A stretch of DNA of 64,000 nt from Syntrophorhabdaceae bacterium (GCA_963665295.1 OY762209.1:192001-256000), one strand, 5' to 3'; positions 45,871 through 55,634 are shown, numbered from the stretch's first letter. Translations and numbers: made by a program. The notes: generated by a model from the letters alone, not told the origin.

Positions 45871-47007
45871 TCAGAGCCTCATTACTTCGTCGGGGTCGAT
45901 AATGGCGGCTTTCCACGACGGTATGATGGTTGCGGTGGTATAGGGAATGACGGTAAGAAAGAAGAGGGCGGCGATCTGGTAAGGGTCCACATAAGGAACA
46001 AGCCGGAAATGAGGATAGAGGACGGACCAACCTTTAAGCACGGGTTCGAAGAAGATGTAGGAAGCGAAGAAGACATGGGCATAGGCCGCCACCGCGCCGA
46101 TCAGGAAAGCGGAAAGGGAAATCACGATGCCTTCCCACGATTTCATGACGATCACTTCCGACGTCTCCCAACCCACGGCCTTCAATATCCCGATCTCCCG
46201 CCGCTCCTCGAAACTGAGGCTCGTCGCCTTGTCCCACGCGAAGATGGCAAAGGCCAGCACGGCGCCGCCAAGGACGAAGACCAGAAGACCGCCGCGCCAG
46301 TCGAAGACAGCGTCATAGGTTCTCAGGATTTCATCCTTGAGAATAGGCCTCGTATCGGGCAGGAGCCTTTTGATCTTATCCGCCACGGTAGCCCTTTCAT
46401 TTCTGTTTCTCACGAGGAGACTCACATCGGTCCAGTACGGCTCTTTCACATTGAAAAGGGCCCGGAAATCCGCCTGGGAGACTTCGATGAGATCGGAGGA
46501 GACAATCTCCGACGGGGCGGTAAATATGTGGTCCACCTCGAAACTCAGATAGCTGCCGTCAAAGGCCTTGAGAGGCACAATATCGCCCTTCCGGATGCCC
46601 AGCGTCCTTGCTACGCCGCGGCCGATGCGCATGGCCCCTTCCCGGGGCCCCTTGTCCGGGTCAGTGGCCACGAGGGTATAATTGGCCCCCGTCGCAGGTT
46701 CGAAGTAATACCCCCAGAGCCGCCCCCTGACTCCCCGCACGCCGGGTATCTCCTGCATCGCCGTCATGTAGCTCCCGGGGATGAGGTCATGCCTTCCCGC
46801 CATGATCCTTTGGACCACGATCTCAGGGGCTCCCTCGAGCACGAGTGACGCCTCTTTCTTGATCGACCCGGTGAAGAAAAAGATGGAAGCCAGGATGAAG
46901 ACAATGACCGTGTATATGATGAGTAAAGCGAGGTTCTTCCCCCACTTCCTGAGAAGGGAAGAGAGGGCGAAGCCGATGATGTTCTGCTGTTTTTCAATCC
47001 AGGCCAT
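45871..47007 (-). CDS. MacB/FtsX-family ABC permease
   Basis: TM1, large periplasmic domain, ERREIGILKAVGW, IIPSWKAA..DP. Confidence 0.9.
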   Translation of the reverse strand: MAWIEKQQNIIGFALSSLLRKWGKNLALLIIYTVIVFILASIFFFTGSIKKEASLVLEGAPEIVVQRIMAGRHDLIPGSYMTAMQEIPGVRGVRGRLWGYYFEPATGANYTLVATDPDKGPREGAMRIGRGVARTLGIRKGDIVPLKAFDGSYLSFEVDHIFTAPSEIVSSDLIEVSQADFRALFNVKEPYWTDVSLLVRNRNERATVADKIKRLLPDTRPILKDEILRTYDAVFDWRGGLLVFVLGGAVLAFAIFAWDKATSLSFEERREIGILKAVGWETSEVIVMKSWEGIVISLSAFLIGAVAAYAHVFFASYIFFEPVLKGWSVLYPHFRLVPYVDPYQIAALFFLTVIPYTTATIIPSWKAAIIDPDEVMRL

Positions 47008-47302
47008 GGCGTATTCCTGCAGGGGGGCTTATGATCGATCCGGACGGGAAATGTTCCAGGGACACGGGGTGGTCCTGGAAAGGGGTCGCCCTGTCCGCCA
47101 TAGTGGGGTTTCTCGTGTATCTCGCATCGGTAAAGAGACAGAGGTCCGTAAGTTCAAGCCTCTCCGCCAGGAGCATCCTCTCTTGAATAAACGGCCTTTC
47201 GGCGCGCGCTGTCCAGGCCGCATGGACAAAGACGAGGGCTAGGGCCGATATGCCCGCGGCAAGGGCCCCGAGGTAGATGGTCGACCGCCTCGGAGCCGTC
47301 AA
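46994..47302 (-). CDS. Small membrane-anchored hypothetical protein
   Basis: TM + LTDLCLFTDARYTRNP..PFQDHP..EHFPSGS. Overlaps both neighbours. Confidence 0.65.
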   Translation of the reverse strand: MTAPRRSTIYLGALAAGISALALVFVHAAWTARAERPFIQERMLLAERLELTDLCLFTDARYTRNPTMADRATPFQDHPVSLEHFPSGSIISPPAGIRHGLD

Positions 47303-47796
47303 TCGACGCTCCCCAGGACCGATTCGGTTATCTCGCCGAAAGTCAACACTCTCTTACCCTTGTGGTCCTTCAGGAATGCCTTTGCGTCGGCTTCCTTTCC
47401 AAAAGGGATAAACTCCCTTCCCATGGGACCGAAGACATCGCTCCCCTGGACGTAGAAGGCTTTCATGCCGTCGACAGGAGCGACGGTGTAGTAATCCGTC
47501 ACATAGACTGCCTTGATGTCGGCCGGTTTCTTCCCCGGTTTATACTTCTTGAGGTTGACGAGATATTTGAACATGTCCTTTGACCCGTCGAAGAAGTCGA
47601 AGGAGCCGTCCTTGAAAACGACTTGTGTCACAAAGTCAGGGTATTTCGCGACAAACATCCCGCATACCGGGCATTTGGCCCTCGGCCCGGGTTTGGCGGG
47701 GCCCTTTTCGAGCCCCCACCCTGTGGACGTGACCGCGAAGGTCGCCGCAATCAAAAAGAGAAAGACCTTTTTCCGAAGCATAAGCGGTTTGCTCAA
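47299..47796 (-). CDS. NosL-family copper-binding protein
   Basis: CPVCGMFV, FDGSKDM, VTDYY, GSDVFGPMG, FLKDHKG. Confidence 0.9.
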   Translation of the reverse strand: MSKPLMLRKKVFLFLIAATFAVTSTGWGLEKGPAKPGPRAKCPVCGMFVAKYPDFVTQVVFKDGSFDFFDGSKDMFKYLVNLKKYKPGKKPADIKAVYVTDYYTVAPVDGMKAFYVQGSDVFGPMGREFIPFGKEADAKAFLKDHKGKRVLTFGEITESVLGSVD

Positions 47797-48326
47797 TGCT
47801 GGTGGCCCTTGTCCATGGACATTTTCATCTTCATCATCTTCCGTTTGTCCCGAATCATCTTCGTGTCGGCGTACATGTCTTCGTAGGCCGCCTTCATGGC
47901 TTCATCGAAGCCGGCAAGCTGCCCCCCGTTGCTTTTAATGAACCCTTCCGCGTCAGCCTTGTTGGCGAAAGCCCATTTTGCCCTCTTGGACATGACACCG
48001 GGTTTCGTCCCGCCGATAACCCAGAATGCCTTTTCCGCATCGATCAGGTTCTTTGTGCCGAAATCGGCAACCTGGATGCTTTTCGGTGTCTTGTCGAGGT
48101 TCACCGCGGATTCCACGGCCGCGCAATGGAGGCTGCAGACGGCAACCTCGGACCCGTCGCCATAGGTGATGAGCATTCTGCTGTGAGCAAACTGTCCCCT
48201 GTCCATACCGCAGTAATTGCAGGCCTTGTGCTTCTCCACATCGGTTTGGGCGAAGGCAAAACCGCCCGCAAAAAGAAGGAGTGTTACCGCCAGTATTACG
48301 AGTGACAAGGATTTACTATTTCTCAT
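47793..48326 (-). CDS. NosL-family protein with a Met/His-rich tail
   Basis: CNYCGM, CSLHC, GVMSKRAKWAF, tail RKMMKMKMSMDKGHQH. AAGGAGG RBS. Confidence 0.85.
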   Translation of the reverse strand: MRNSKSLSLVILAVTLLLFAGGFAFAQTDVEKHKACNYCGMDRGQFAHSRMLITYGDGSEVAVCSLHCAAVESAVNLDKTPKSIQVADFGTKNLIDAEKAFWVIGGTKPGVMSKRAKWAFANKADAEGFIKSNGGQLAGFDEAMKAAYEDMYADTKMIRDKRKMMKMKMSMDKGHQH

Positions 48327-48390
48327 GTGATCCTCCTTATGAATTTATTTTCGGTGAAACGAATATCCACTGAAGACAATTTCCGTCTAA

Positions 48391-48419
48391 AGAATAAGCC
48401 CTGGAGACCGTCCTGTCAA
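48391..48419 (-). promoter_or_regulatory. Sigma70-type promoter of the nosL-ABC operon
   Basis: TTGACA-N17-TATTCT. Confidence 0.55.
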
Positions 48420-48520
48420 CGTGGCAGGCAGAAACGCCGTCAGTCCCCCGGCCGCCCTCTTCTTTCGTCATATCTTCCTTATTACTCAAAAACTCAAAGG
48501 TGAACGGAGTGGGTTGTCCC

Positions 48521-48883
48521 TTACGACCTGGGGGGCTTGTACGGCGTGGGATAATAGAGAGATGCCGTACCTGCGGGTTTTTCGACTACCTCTCCTGAAG
48601 GCCGGGGATAGAAGGGAAACCGGAAATCGCTTGACAACGTATCATCGGACCATAGCAAATTATAGGAATCGGCATCGTGACTGCAATTGACGCAGGACGA
48701 AAGAACAGGACATGCCTTTTGCGCGCCCGAACAGCAATGGCAGGCGAGCCTTGCTGCCTGGTCCTGTTTCATTGCGCCGCACTGCGATATGGGCCCCAGG
48801 GGGTAACACAGGGAAAATATGAAGACCGCCATGAGCACTTTCAGAAGCTCCCTTTTTCGGACGGAAGAAATGCACCTTTTCAT
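48521..48883 (-). CDS. Small Cys-rich exported protein ending in KPPRS (DUF2946/CutF-like, tentative)
   Basis: Hydrophobic N-terminus, CHCC..C..CVNC, C-terminal PTPYKPPRS. Confidence 0.5.
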   Translation of the reverse strand: MKRCISSVRKRELLKVLMAVFIFSLCYPLGPISQCGAMKQDQAARLACHCCSGAQKACPVLSSCVNCSHDADSYNLLWSDDTLSSDFRFPFYPRPSGEVVEKPAGTASLYYPTPYKPPRS

Positions 48884-49129
48884 GTTATCCTGTGACACTC
48901 CCCGGGCAAGCATGAGATAATAGACGGAAAATATAAAGCATAGACAAACATCAGCACCGGTAGGGATAAAGTCAAGGGGGGGCGTTGCATATCCGGTGAA
49001 TTCGCCTCCTGTGACGAATCGTTGGCCCGCTGCTTGACGGGCCCCGGGGCAGGCCTTAGATTAGTCTAGTGGGCAAGGTGCGAGCCTTATCGTGCAAAAA
49101 AGAAGAAAGCGAGGGTCCTGGGTCTGATC

Positions 49130-49534
49130 GTGCGGGGGAATTCTATTGTAAGAACACTCATAGTCCTTTTGTCGGTCTGGATTTGCGCGCCCGCGGCCTA
49201 CGGGCGCGATTTTACGGTCCGTCGGACCGTGGACGGCTATACCGTGGACATCGCCATCAACCGGAACCCCCCCGTTCTGGGCCCGAACCGGCTCAAGGTC
49301 GAAGTAAAGGACTCCACGGGAAGACCGGTGGCGGGCATCTCCGTGACGGTGAACTATTACATGCCGCCCATGCCCGGAATGCCCCCCATGAACTATACGG
49401 TCAAAGCCCAGCCCCAGGGCGCGGCATATAGCGTAACAATGGACCTCATCATGACGGGTCCCTGGAATATAGTAGTAAGGGCAACTGTGCCGGGAAAACC
49501 TCTCCGGGTCACAGTCCCCATCGACGTGAGGTGA
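49130..49534 (+). CDS. YtkA/FixH-like periplasmic Met-rich protein
   Basis: Signal peptide, NPPVLGPN, YYMPPMPGMPPM, MTGPW. Confidence 0.8.
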   Translation: MRGNSIVRTLIVLLSVWICAPAAYGRDFTVRRTVDGYTVDIAINRNPPVLGPNRLKVEVKDSTGRPVAGISVTVNYYMPPMPGMPPMNYTVKAQPQGAAYSVTMDLIMTGPWNIVVRATVPGKPLRVTVPIDVR

Positions 49535-50688
49535 CTATGAAAACATCAGGGCAGATAAAAGGGTTCTCCCGGGCTACGAGAGGCTTTCTCGCAATCACGG
49601 CGGCAATGTTCTTCATCGCGGCCGGTGCGACATGGGGGGCAGACGGCGAAACGGTGAAGGTAGAGGTCCCCGTAGACAAACAACGCCTCATGGGCATCAC
49701 CACCGTTCCGGCGGCAATGAAGCACATGACCAAACGATTGAGGACAGTGGGAAGGGTCGAGGTGGACGAACGAAAGCTCACTACCGTCAATATTAAGGTC
49801 GAAGGCTGGGTCGACACCCTTCACGTCAATTATGCGGGGCAGTACGTAAAGAAAGGCATGCCCCTGGCCGAGATATACAGCCCCGAACTCATGTCTCTCC
49901 AGCTCGAATTGCTTAACCTCAAGCAGCTGACGGAACGGGGCGCCCGGTTTCAGAGAACTCTCGAATTCAAATGGGGAGACAGGTACGGCACCACGGGCAC
50001 GGCGACTACCTTCGACACGGGCGGCCTCTTCCTCGTGGCACGGCAGAAGCTCGCCCTCTGGGAAATCCCCGAAGAACAGATAAAGAAGATTGAAGAGACA
50101 AAAACGCCCATAAGGACCCTCACGGTCAGAAGTCCGGAAAGCGGATACATCTTCCAGAAACCGGTGGTCAAGGGGACCCGGGTGGGCCCCGGGGACAAGC
50201 TCTTCGATATCGCCGACCTCTCCACGGTCTGGGTGCTCGCGGATATATACGAATACGAAGTGCCTTTCGTGAAGGTAGGACAGAAGGGCAGGATTACCCT
50301 CAGTTATTATCCGGAAAAGGAGTTTGTGTCGAAAGTCGATTTTATATACCCGTCCTTTTCGGGCCAGACCAGGACAGCCAAAGCACGGTTTGTCCTTCCC
50401 AACCCCGGGGGCCTCCTCAAGCCCCAGATGTTCGCCAACGTGGAAATGGACCTCGACATGGGCAAGAGGCTCGCAATTCCCGAGACCGCCGTCCTCGACA
50501 CGGGAACGCGACAGATTGTCTACGTGGACGTGGGGGACGGATACTTCAGTCCGAGGCAGGTGAGGCTCGGAGCGAAAGCGGACGGCATGGTGGAGGTTTT
50601 GAAGGGCCTCAAGCCCGGTGAAATAGTGGCAAGGTCCGGAGTCTTCCTCATCGACTCGGACGCGAAGCTCAAGGGAGTGAGTCAATGA
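49531..50688 (+). CDS. cusB: Heavy-metal RND periplasmic adaptor CusB-like
   Basis: VEGWVDTL..GQYVKKG..IYSPEL, IADLSTVWV, LKPQMFA, FLIDSD. Confidence 0.88.
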   Translation: MTMKTSGQIKGFSRATRGFLAITAAMFFIAAGATWGADGETVKVEVPVDKQRLMGITTVPAAMKHMTKRLRTVGRVEVDERKLTTVNIKVEGWVDTLHVNYAGQYVKKGMPLAEIYSPELMSLQLELLNLKQLTERGARFQRTLEFKWGDRYGTTGTATTFDTGGLFLVARQKLALWEIPEEQIKKIEETKTPIRTLTVRSPESGYIFQKPVVKGTRVGPGDKLFDIADLSTVWVLADIYEYEVPFVKVGQKGRITLSYYPEKEFVSKVDFIYPSFSGQTRTAKARFVLPNPGGLLKPQMFANVEMDLDMGKRLAIPETAVLDTGTRQIVYVDVGDGYFSPRQVRLGAKADGMVEVLKGLKPGEIVARSGVFLIDSDAKLKGVSQ

Positions 50689-53600
50689 TTGCAAGGATCA
50701 TAGAACTTTGTGCGAGGAACAGGCTCGTCACGATACTCGGGGTCCTCATCATGGTGGGCTGGGGGTACTGGGCCCTCACACACTCTCCCCTTGACGCCCT
50801 TCCCGACCAGAGCGACACCCAGGTCATAGTCTACGCGGATTGGCCGGGAAGAAGCCCCGACCTGGTGGAAAACCAGATCACCTACCCCATAACTTCAACG
50901 CTCCTGGCCGCCCCGCAGGTAAAGGCGGTGCGGGGATTCTCCTTTCTGGGCAGTTCCTTCATCTATGTAATATTCAAGGACGGAACGGACATCTATTGGG
51001 CCCGGACCAGGGTACTCGAATACCTTCAGGCCGTGCGGGGAAAGATCCCCCAGGACGTCAACCCGGTCCTCGGTCCCGACGCGTCGGGGGTGGGATGGGG
51101 ATTTTCCTATGCCCTGGTGCCCGAATCGGGACAGTATGAGCCTTCCGAGCTTCGCTCCCTCCAGGACTATAACGTGAAGCTCGCAATAGAGAGCGTGCCC
51201 GGTGTCGCGCAGGTTGCGAGTATCGGCGGCTTTGTGAAACAATACCAGGTTACCGTAGATCCCAACAAACTCCTTTCATATGGAATACCGATCAACAAGG
51301 TCTTCGAGGCGATAAGAAAAAGCAACAGTGATGTGGAAGGAAGGGTAATAGAATTTTCGGGCGCCGAATATGTGGTGCGCGGACGGGGATATGTGAAGAG
51401 CGTCAAGGACCTCGAGATCGTGCCTGTCGGCGTGGACGGCACAGGGACGCCCGTATACCTGAAAAATATCGCCCGTATCGATCTCGGACCCGAACTCAGG
51501 CGCGGCATCGCGGATCTTGACGGGAAAGGACAGGTGGCGGGCGGCATTGTGGTCGTCAGATACGGGGAGAACGTACTGGACGTCATCAACAGGGTGAAAG
51601 AAAAGATCCGAAACGATATCGCGCCGAGTCTCCCCAAGGGGATAAAGATCGTCACCACCTATGACCGGTCGGACCTCATCCGCCAGGCCGTGGGCACCCT
51701 CAGGAACGAGATCATCATCCTCTTCATCGTGGTGAGCATCGTAAGCCTGGTCTTTCTCCTTCACCTGCCGAGCGCCTTTGTAGTCATCCTCACTTTGCCG
51801 GGAGCGGTCCTCATCTCATTTATATTCCTCTATTACCTGCGGGTTACGTCAAACATCATGAGCCTGAGCGGTATCGCGATCTCCATAGGCGTCCTTGTGG
51901 ACGCCTCCATCATCATGGTGGAGAACGCCCACAAGAGGTTGGAGGAGGCATCGGCGGGAAACGGGGGACCCGCGAACAAAACGGATATCATCATCGAGGC
52001 AGCCAAGGAGGTAGGGCCTTCCCTCTTCTTCGCCCTTATGGTTATTACCGTGGCGTTCCTGCCCGTTTTCACGCTCCAGGACCAGGAAGGGAGGTTATTC
52101 AGGCCCCTCGCCTATGCAAAGACCTTCGCCATGCTCGCCGCGTCGGGCCTTGCCATTACCCTTACTCCCGCCCTCATGACCGTGTTCATAAAGGGCCGCA
52201 TCCGGCCGGAGCGGGACAACCCTGTGAACCGGCTCCTCCAGAGGATCTACGACCCCGTGGTCCGCTTCAGCCTGGGGGCAAGGGGGAAGGTACTCATAGG
52301 CGCTCTCGTCCTTATGGCCGTCACCGTCTACCCCATAATGAGGCTCGGATATGAATCCATGCCCTCCCTCTATGAAGGAGCGCTCTTTTACATGCCCGTC
52401 ACCGCCCCGGGGCTGGGCATCTCCGAAGCCTCTTCACTCCTCCTGTTGCAGGACAAGACACTCAAGGAATTCCCCGAAGTGGCTCAGGTATTCGGCAAGG
52501 CAGGTCGCGCCGAAACCGCGACCGACCCCGCACCCCTCGAGATGTTCGAGACTACCATCAACCTGAAACCGAGGTCCCAGTGGCGGAAAGGGATGACTCT
52601 TGAGAAGCTGACCATGGAGATGAACGATGCTCTCACCATGCCCGGGGTATCCAACGCCTTTACCGCGCCCATCAAGGCGCGGGTCGACATGCTCTCCACG
52701 GGCGTGCGTACGCCCCTCGGTATGAAGATTTATGGGCCCCGCATAGAAGAGATCGAAAAGATAGGCATCGCGGTGGAGCAGATTTTAAAAGGCGTCCCCC
52801 ACACGAGGAGCGTCTATGCCGAGCGGGTCAGTACGGGCTATTATCTCGATATCACGGTAAACCGGGAAGAGGCGGCCCGCTACAACCTCACCGTGGATGA
52901 CGTGAACGAGATCGTCCAGTCATCGGTGGGAGGGATCAATATCACCACCACCATCGAAGGCAGGGGACGCTATCCCGTGAATATCCGTTATGCGAAGGAA
53001 CTCAGGGAGGATGTGGATTCCCTGAAACGGGTCCTTGTGCCGGTTACCATGTCGTCGACCCAACCCGATCTGCCCGCGGTAACGGCCCCGGGCTCGGCCC
53101 ACGTGCCTCTGTCGCAGCTCGCGGACATCACTGTCGTCCGGGGTCCCACCCAGATCAAGAGCGAGGCGGGCATGCTCACGGGGTATGTCTACATAGACCA
53201 TACCGCGGCCGACACGGGTACTTATATCAGGGATGCAAAGAAGCGCCTGGCGTCCTACAGGCTCCCCGACGGCTACCGTATCGAATGGAGCGGGGACTAC
53301 CTGCGCCTGGAGAATATCCGTCGCCACCTGAAGACGGTCATACCCCTCACGATTATCCTCATTCTCATCATCATCTACCTGAGCACGGGGTCCTTCATGA
53401 AGACCTTTATCGTACTCCTCGCAGTCCCCTTTTCCCTTGTGGGTTCCTTCTGGTTCCTCTATATCTTCGGTTTTCACCTGAGCGCCGCGGTCTGGGTAGG
53501 CATTATCGCCCTTGCGGGACTCGACGCGGAAACGGGCGTGGTAATGCTCCTCTATCTGGATATCTCCTATAACAGGTGGAAGGCGGGGGGGAGACTCAAG

Positions 53601-53867
53601 GAGCAATCGGACCTTAACGACGCGGTCATGCACGGCGCGGTGAAGAGGCTCCGGCCCAAGATCATGACCGTGGCAACCATGCTCGCCGGGCTTATCCCCA
53701 TCATGTTCAGCAGCGGGATCGGTTCCGAGATCATGAAGTCCATTGCCGCCCCCATGATAGGGGGCCTCGTGACCTCCACAGTCCTCGAACTTACGATTTA
53801 TCCGGCGATCTACATGGTCTGGAAGAGACGCGAGTTGGCCAGGGAAATTCCCGCATTCCGGTCATGA
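50685..53867 (+). CDS. cusA: Cu(I)/Ag(I) RND efflux pump CusA-like
   Basis: LDALPDQSDTQV, GPDASGVGW, NIMSLSGIAI..VD, Met triad in FYMP / PLEMFET / RVDMLSTG, RPKIMT. Confidence 0.92.
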   Translation: MIARIIELCARNRLVTILGVLIMVGWGYWALTHSPLDALPDQSDTQVIVYADWPGRSPDLVENQITYPITSTLLAAPQVKAVRGFSFLGSSFIYVIFKDGTDIYWARTRVLEYLQAVRGKIPQDVNPVLGPDASGVGWGFSYALVPESGQYEPSELRSLQDYNVKLAIESVPGVAQVASIGGFVKQYQVTVDPNKLLSYGIPINKVFEAIRKSNSDVEGRVIEFSGAEYVVRGRGYVKSVKDLEIVPVGVDGTGTPVYLKNIARIDLGPELRRGIADLDGKGQVAGGIVVVRYGENVLDVINRVKEKIRNDIAPSLPKGIKIVTTYDRSDLIRQAVGTLRNEIIILFIVVSIVSLVFLLHLPSAFVVILTLPGAVLISFIFLYYLRVTSNIMSLSGIAISIGVLVDASIIMVENAHKRLEEASAGNGGPANKTDIIIEAAKEVGPSLFFALMVITVAFLPVFTLQDQEGRLFRPLAYAKTFAMLAASGLAITLTPALMTVFIKGRIRPERDNPVNRLLQRIYDPVVRFSLGARGKVLIGALVLMAVTVYPIMRLGYESMPSLYEGALFYMPVTAPGLGISEASSLLLLQDKTLKEFPEVAQVFGKAGRAETATDPAPLEMFETTINLKPRSQWRKGMTLEKLTMEMNDALTMPGVSNAFTAPIKARVDMLSTGVRTPLGMKIYGPRIEEIEKIGIAVEQILKGVPHTRSVYAERVSTGYYLDITVNREEAARYNLTVDDVNEIVQSSVGGINITTTIEGRGRYPVNIRYAKELREDVDSLKRVLVPVTMSSTQPDLPAVTAPGSAHVPLSQLADITVVRGPTQIKSEAGMLTGYVYIDHTAADTGTYIRDAKKRLASYRLPDGYRIEWSGDYLRLENIRRHLKTVIPLTIILILIIIYLSTGSFMKTFIVLLAVPFSLVGSFWFLYIFGFHLSAAVWVGIIALAGLDAETGVVMLLYLDISYNRWKAGGRLKEQSDLNDAVMHGAVKRLRPKIMTVATMLAGLIPIMFSSGIGSEIMKSIAAPMIGGLVTSTVLELTIYPAIYMVWKRRELAREIPAFRS

Positions 53868-53889
53868 CCGGGCAGGCCCGTCTCGCCCG

Positions 53890-54726
53890 CTACTTTCTGA
53901 GATAGAGGAAGTCGACCTTCCCTGCCGCCATAACGCACATGTGGGCAAACCCGTACTTCCCTATGATTGCCGGCGCCCGGTCCGCGTCGTCCTTTTGGTC
54001 TCCGAAGTCGATAAGGGTGCGTTTGTCGTACCTCAGGCCCCACCTGTTGTTAAACCGGCCCACGACCGTGGTGGCCGGATCGAATGGCCGGCAAGCTTCG
54101 CCCTTGAAAAGGCCCGCCGGTGCGGCATCGTCCACGAGCATATAGCGGAAAGAAACGCGGGGCCGGCCCACAGAGCAGGACTTGTTCATGTGGTAATACC
54201 TGATGATGTCACGGGCGTTCTCCGCCTCTATCCTGTCCACCCCGAAACTGAACAGGGTGTGGGTCCCGTCCCCGACCTTCCAGATATGCTGCTCCTCATA
54301 TGCCGTGGTCCGTGCCGGATCGAAGACGACACAATCTTCCTTGATATCTCCCTTCTTTTCCGCGGATCCGCCCTCGAGCCCCTCTGTACCCGGGCCTGTG
54401 CAGCGCGCGTTGAAGAAGACCGTGTTCGACTGGGTCTTTACGTTCACCGGTCTTACGGCCTCTATGTAGGCCCAGGTTTCGGAAGCGGCGGCAGCGTTCT
54501 CGATCACGAAGGTGTCGGTTACATCAAGGGCCCCGGGCTACCCCAGGTTCCTGGGTCTGGCAGGGATACCCTCTTTCAACGGCTGAGAGGCCCCTTTCGG
54601 AACAGACTCAACCGCTGCCGGACCATCGGCATGGGCTGTTACCGCGAAGACCGTGCCGGCCGCCGGTGCTATGCCCGCCAGGACAGCGACGCCGGTACTT
54701 TCTTCAGGCCTGAATTGTGTCACCAT
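53890..54726 (-). pseudogene. Exported protein with a duplicated Cys-containing domain, interrupted by one in-frame TAG (54540-54538)
   Basis: ORFs 54538-54891 and 53890-54507 share a frame and are separated only by TAG plus 10 sense codons. Two copies of E(D/A)C..FDP...W....L..FG....A..A..II..Y....C. Confidence 0.55.
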
Positions 54727-54779
54727 TCTATGACGTGGGGCGTCCCGCGTCAAGCGCGGGCCTTCACTGCCCTTTTCAC

Positions 54780-55529
54780 CTACTTGATGGTCAGAAGCTC
54801 CAGTTCGTAGACGAGCGTTGAGTTTGGAGCGATTACCTTCCCCCTGCCATAAGCCAGGTAGGCAAGGGAAGGAGGAACCACGACCTGCCACCTGGAGCCC
54901 ACAGGCATGAGCTTCAGGGCGTCTCTCACGCCTTTCACGACGCGGACGTTGCCCATCTCGAAGGTCAGGGGTTGATTGGTCTTGAAGGTATTCTCGAATT
55001 CCGTTCCGTTGACGAGGGTCCCTTTAAGGTTGACTTCTACCGTGTCCTTCTCCGTGGGTATCTTACCTTTGCCTTCCTTGAGTACCTTGTACTGGAGTCC
55101 GCTGGGGAGGGTCACCACGCCTTCCTTGGTCTTGTTGGCGGCCTGAAATTCTTCGCCTTCCTTCTTGTTGTCAAACCCGGCGATGATCTTTTCCCTCCGC
55201 TGCTTAGCCATGGCCTCGGCCCTGTAGGTGATCATGATCGCGTCCACGTCCCCCTCGGTCAATTCGAGTTTGCCTCCCGCGGCGGCATCCTTCATTCCCC
55301 TTATTACAAGGTCCATGTCTATGTCCATGCCTAGCCGCCTGTAGTTCTTGACGGTCTCCACGCCGAGACTGTAGCTGATCCTGTCCTTCTTTGTCTTGAG
55401 GAGCGGCGTCGCAACAGCGCCGGACGTGGTGTCATCCGCCATGGAAGGCGAAGCCAAAGTGAAGCCTCCCAGTGCTGTCACCAGTCCGATTGTGAGGGTC
55501 GCCACCCCCTTTGTCCATTTCTGTCTCAT
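54780..55529 (-). CDS. FkpA/Mip-type FKBP with substituted active-site residues
   Basis: Signal peptide, ISYSLG, EGVVTLPSGLQYKV, PPSLAY..YG, IAPNSTLVYELEL. Confidence 0.88.
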   Translation of the reverse strand: MRQKWTKGVATLTIGLVTALGGFTLASPSMADDTTSGAVATPLLKTKKDRISYSLGVETVKNYRRLGMDIDMDLVIRGMKDAAAGGKLELTEGDVDAIMITYRAEAMAKQRREKIIAGFDNKKEGEEFQAANKTKEGVVTLPSGLQYKVLKEGKGKIPTEKDTVEVNLKGTLVNGTEFENTFKTNQPLTFEMGNVRVVKGVRDALKLMPVGSRWQVVVPPSLAYLAYGRGKVIAPNSTLVYELELLTIK

Positions 55530-55583
55530 GAGTCCTCCCTCTCGAAATTCAAATCAACGTATTCAGTATATCATGGTAAAGAA

Positions 55584-55611
55584 GCAGGGGGGAAAGATTC
55601 TTCCCCCCTGC
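55584..55611 (-). terminator. Rho-independent terminator after the FN3 remnant
   Basis: gcagggggga/tcccctgc-type stem followed by TTCTTT on the minus strand. Confidence 0.6.
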
Positions 55612-55634
55612 AGTGTTGTTGCCGCGACTGAAAC

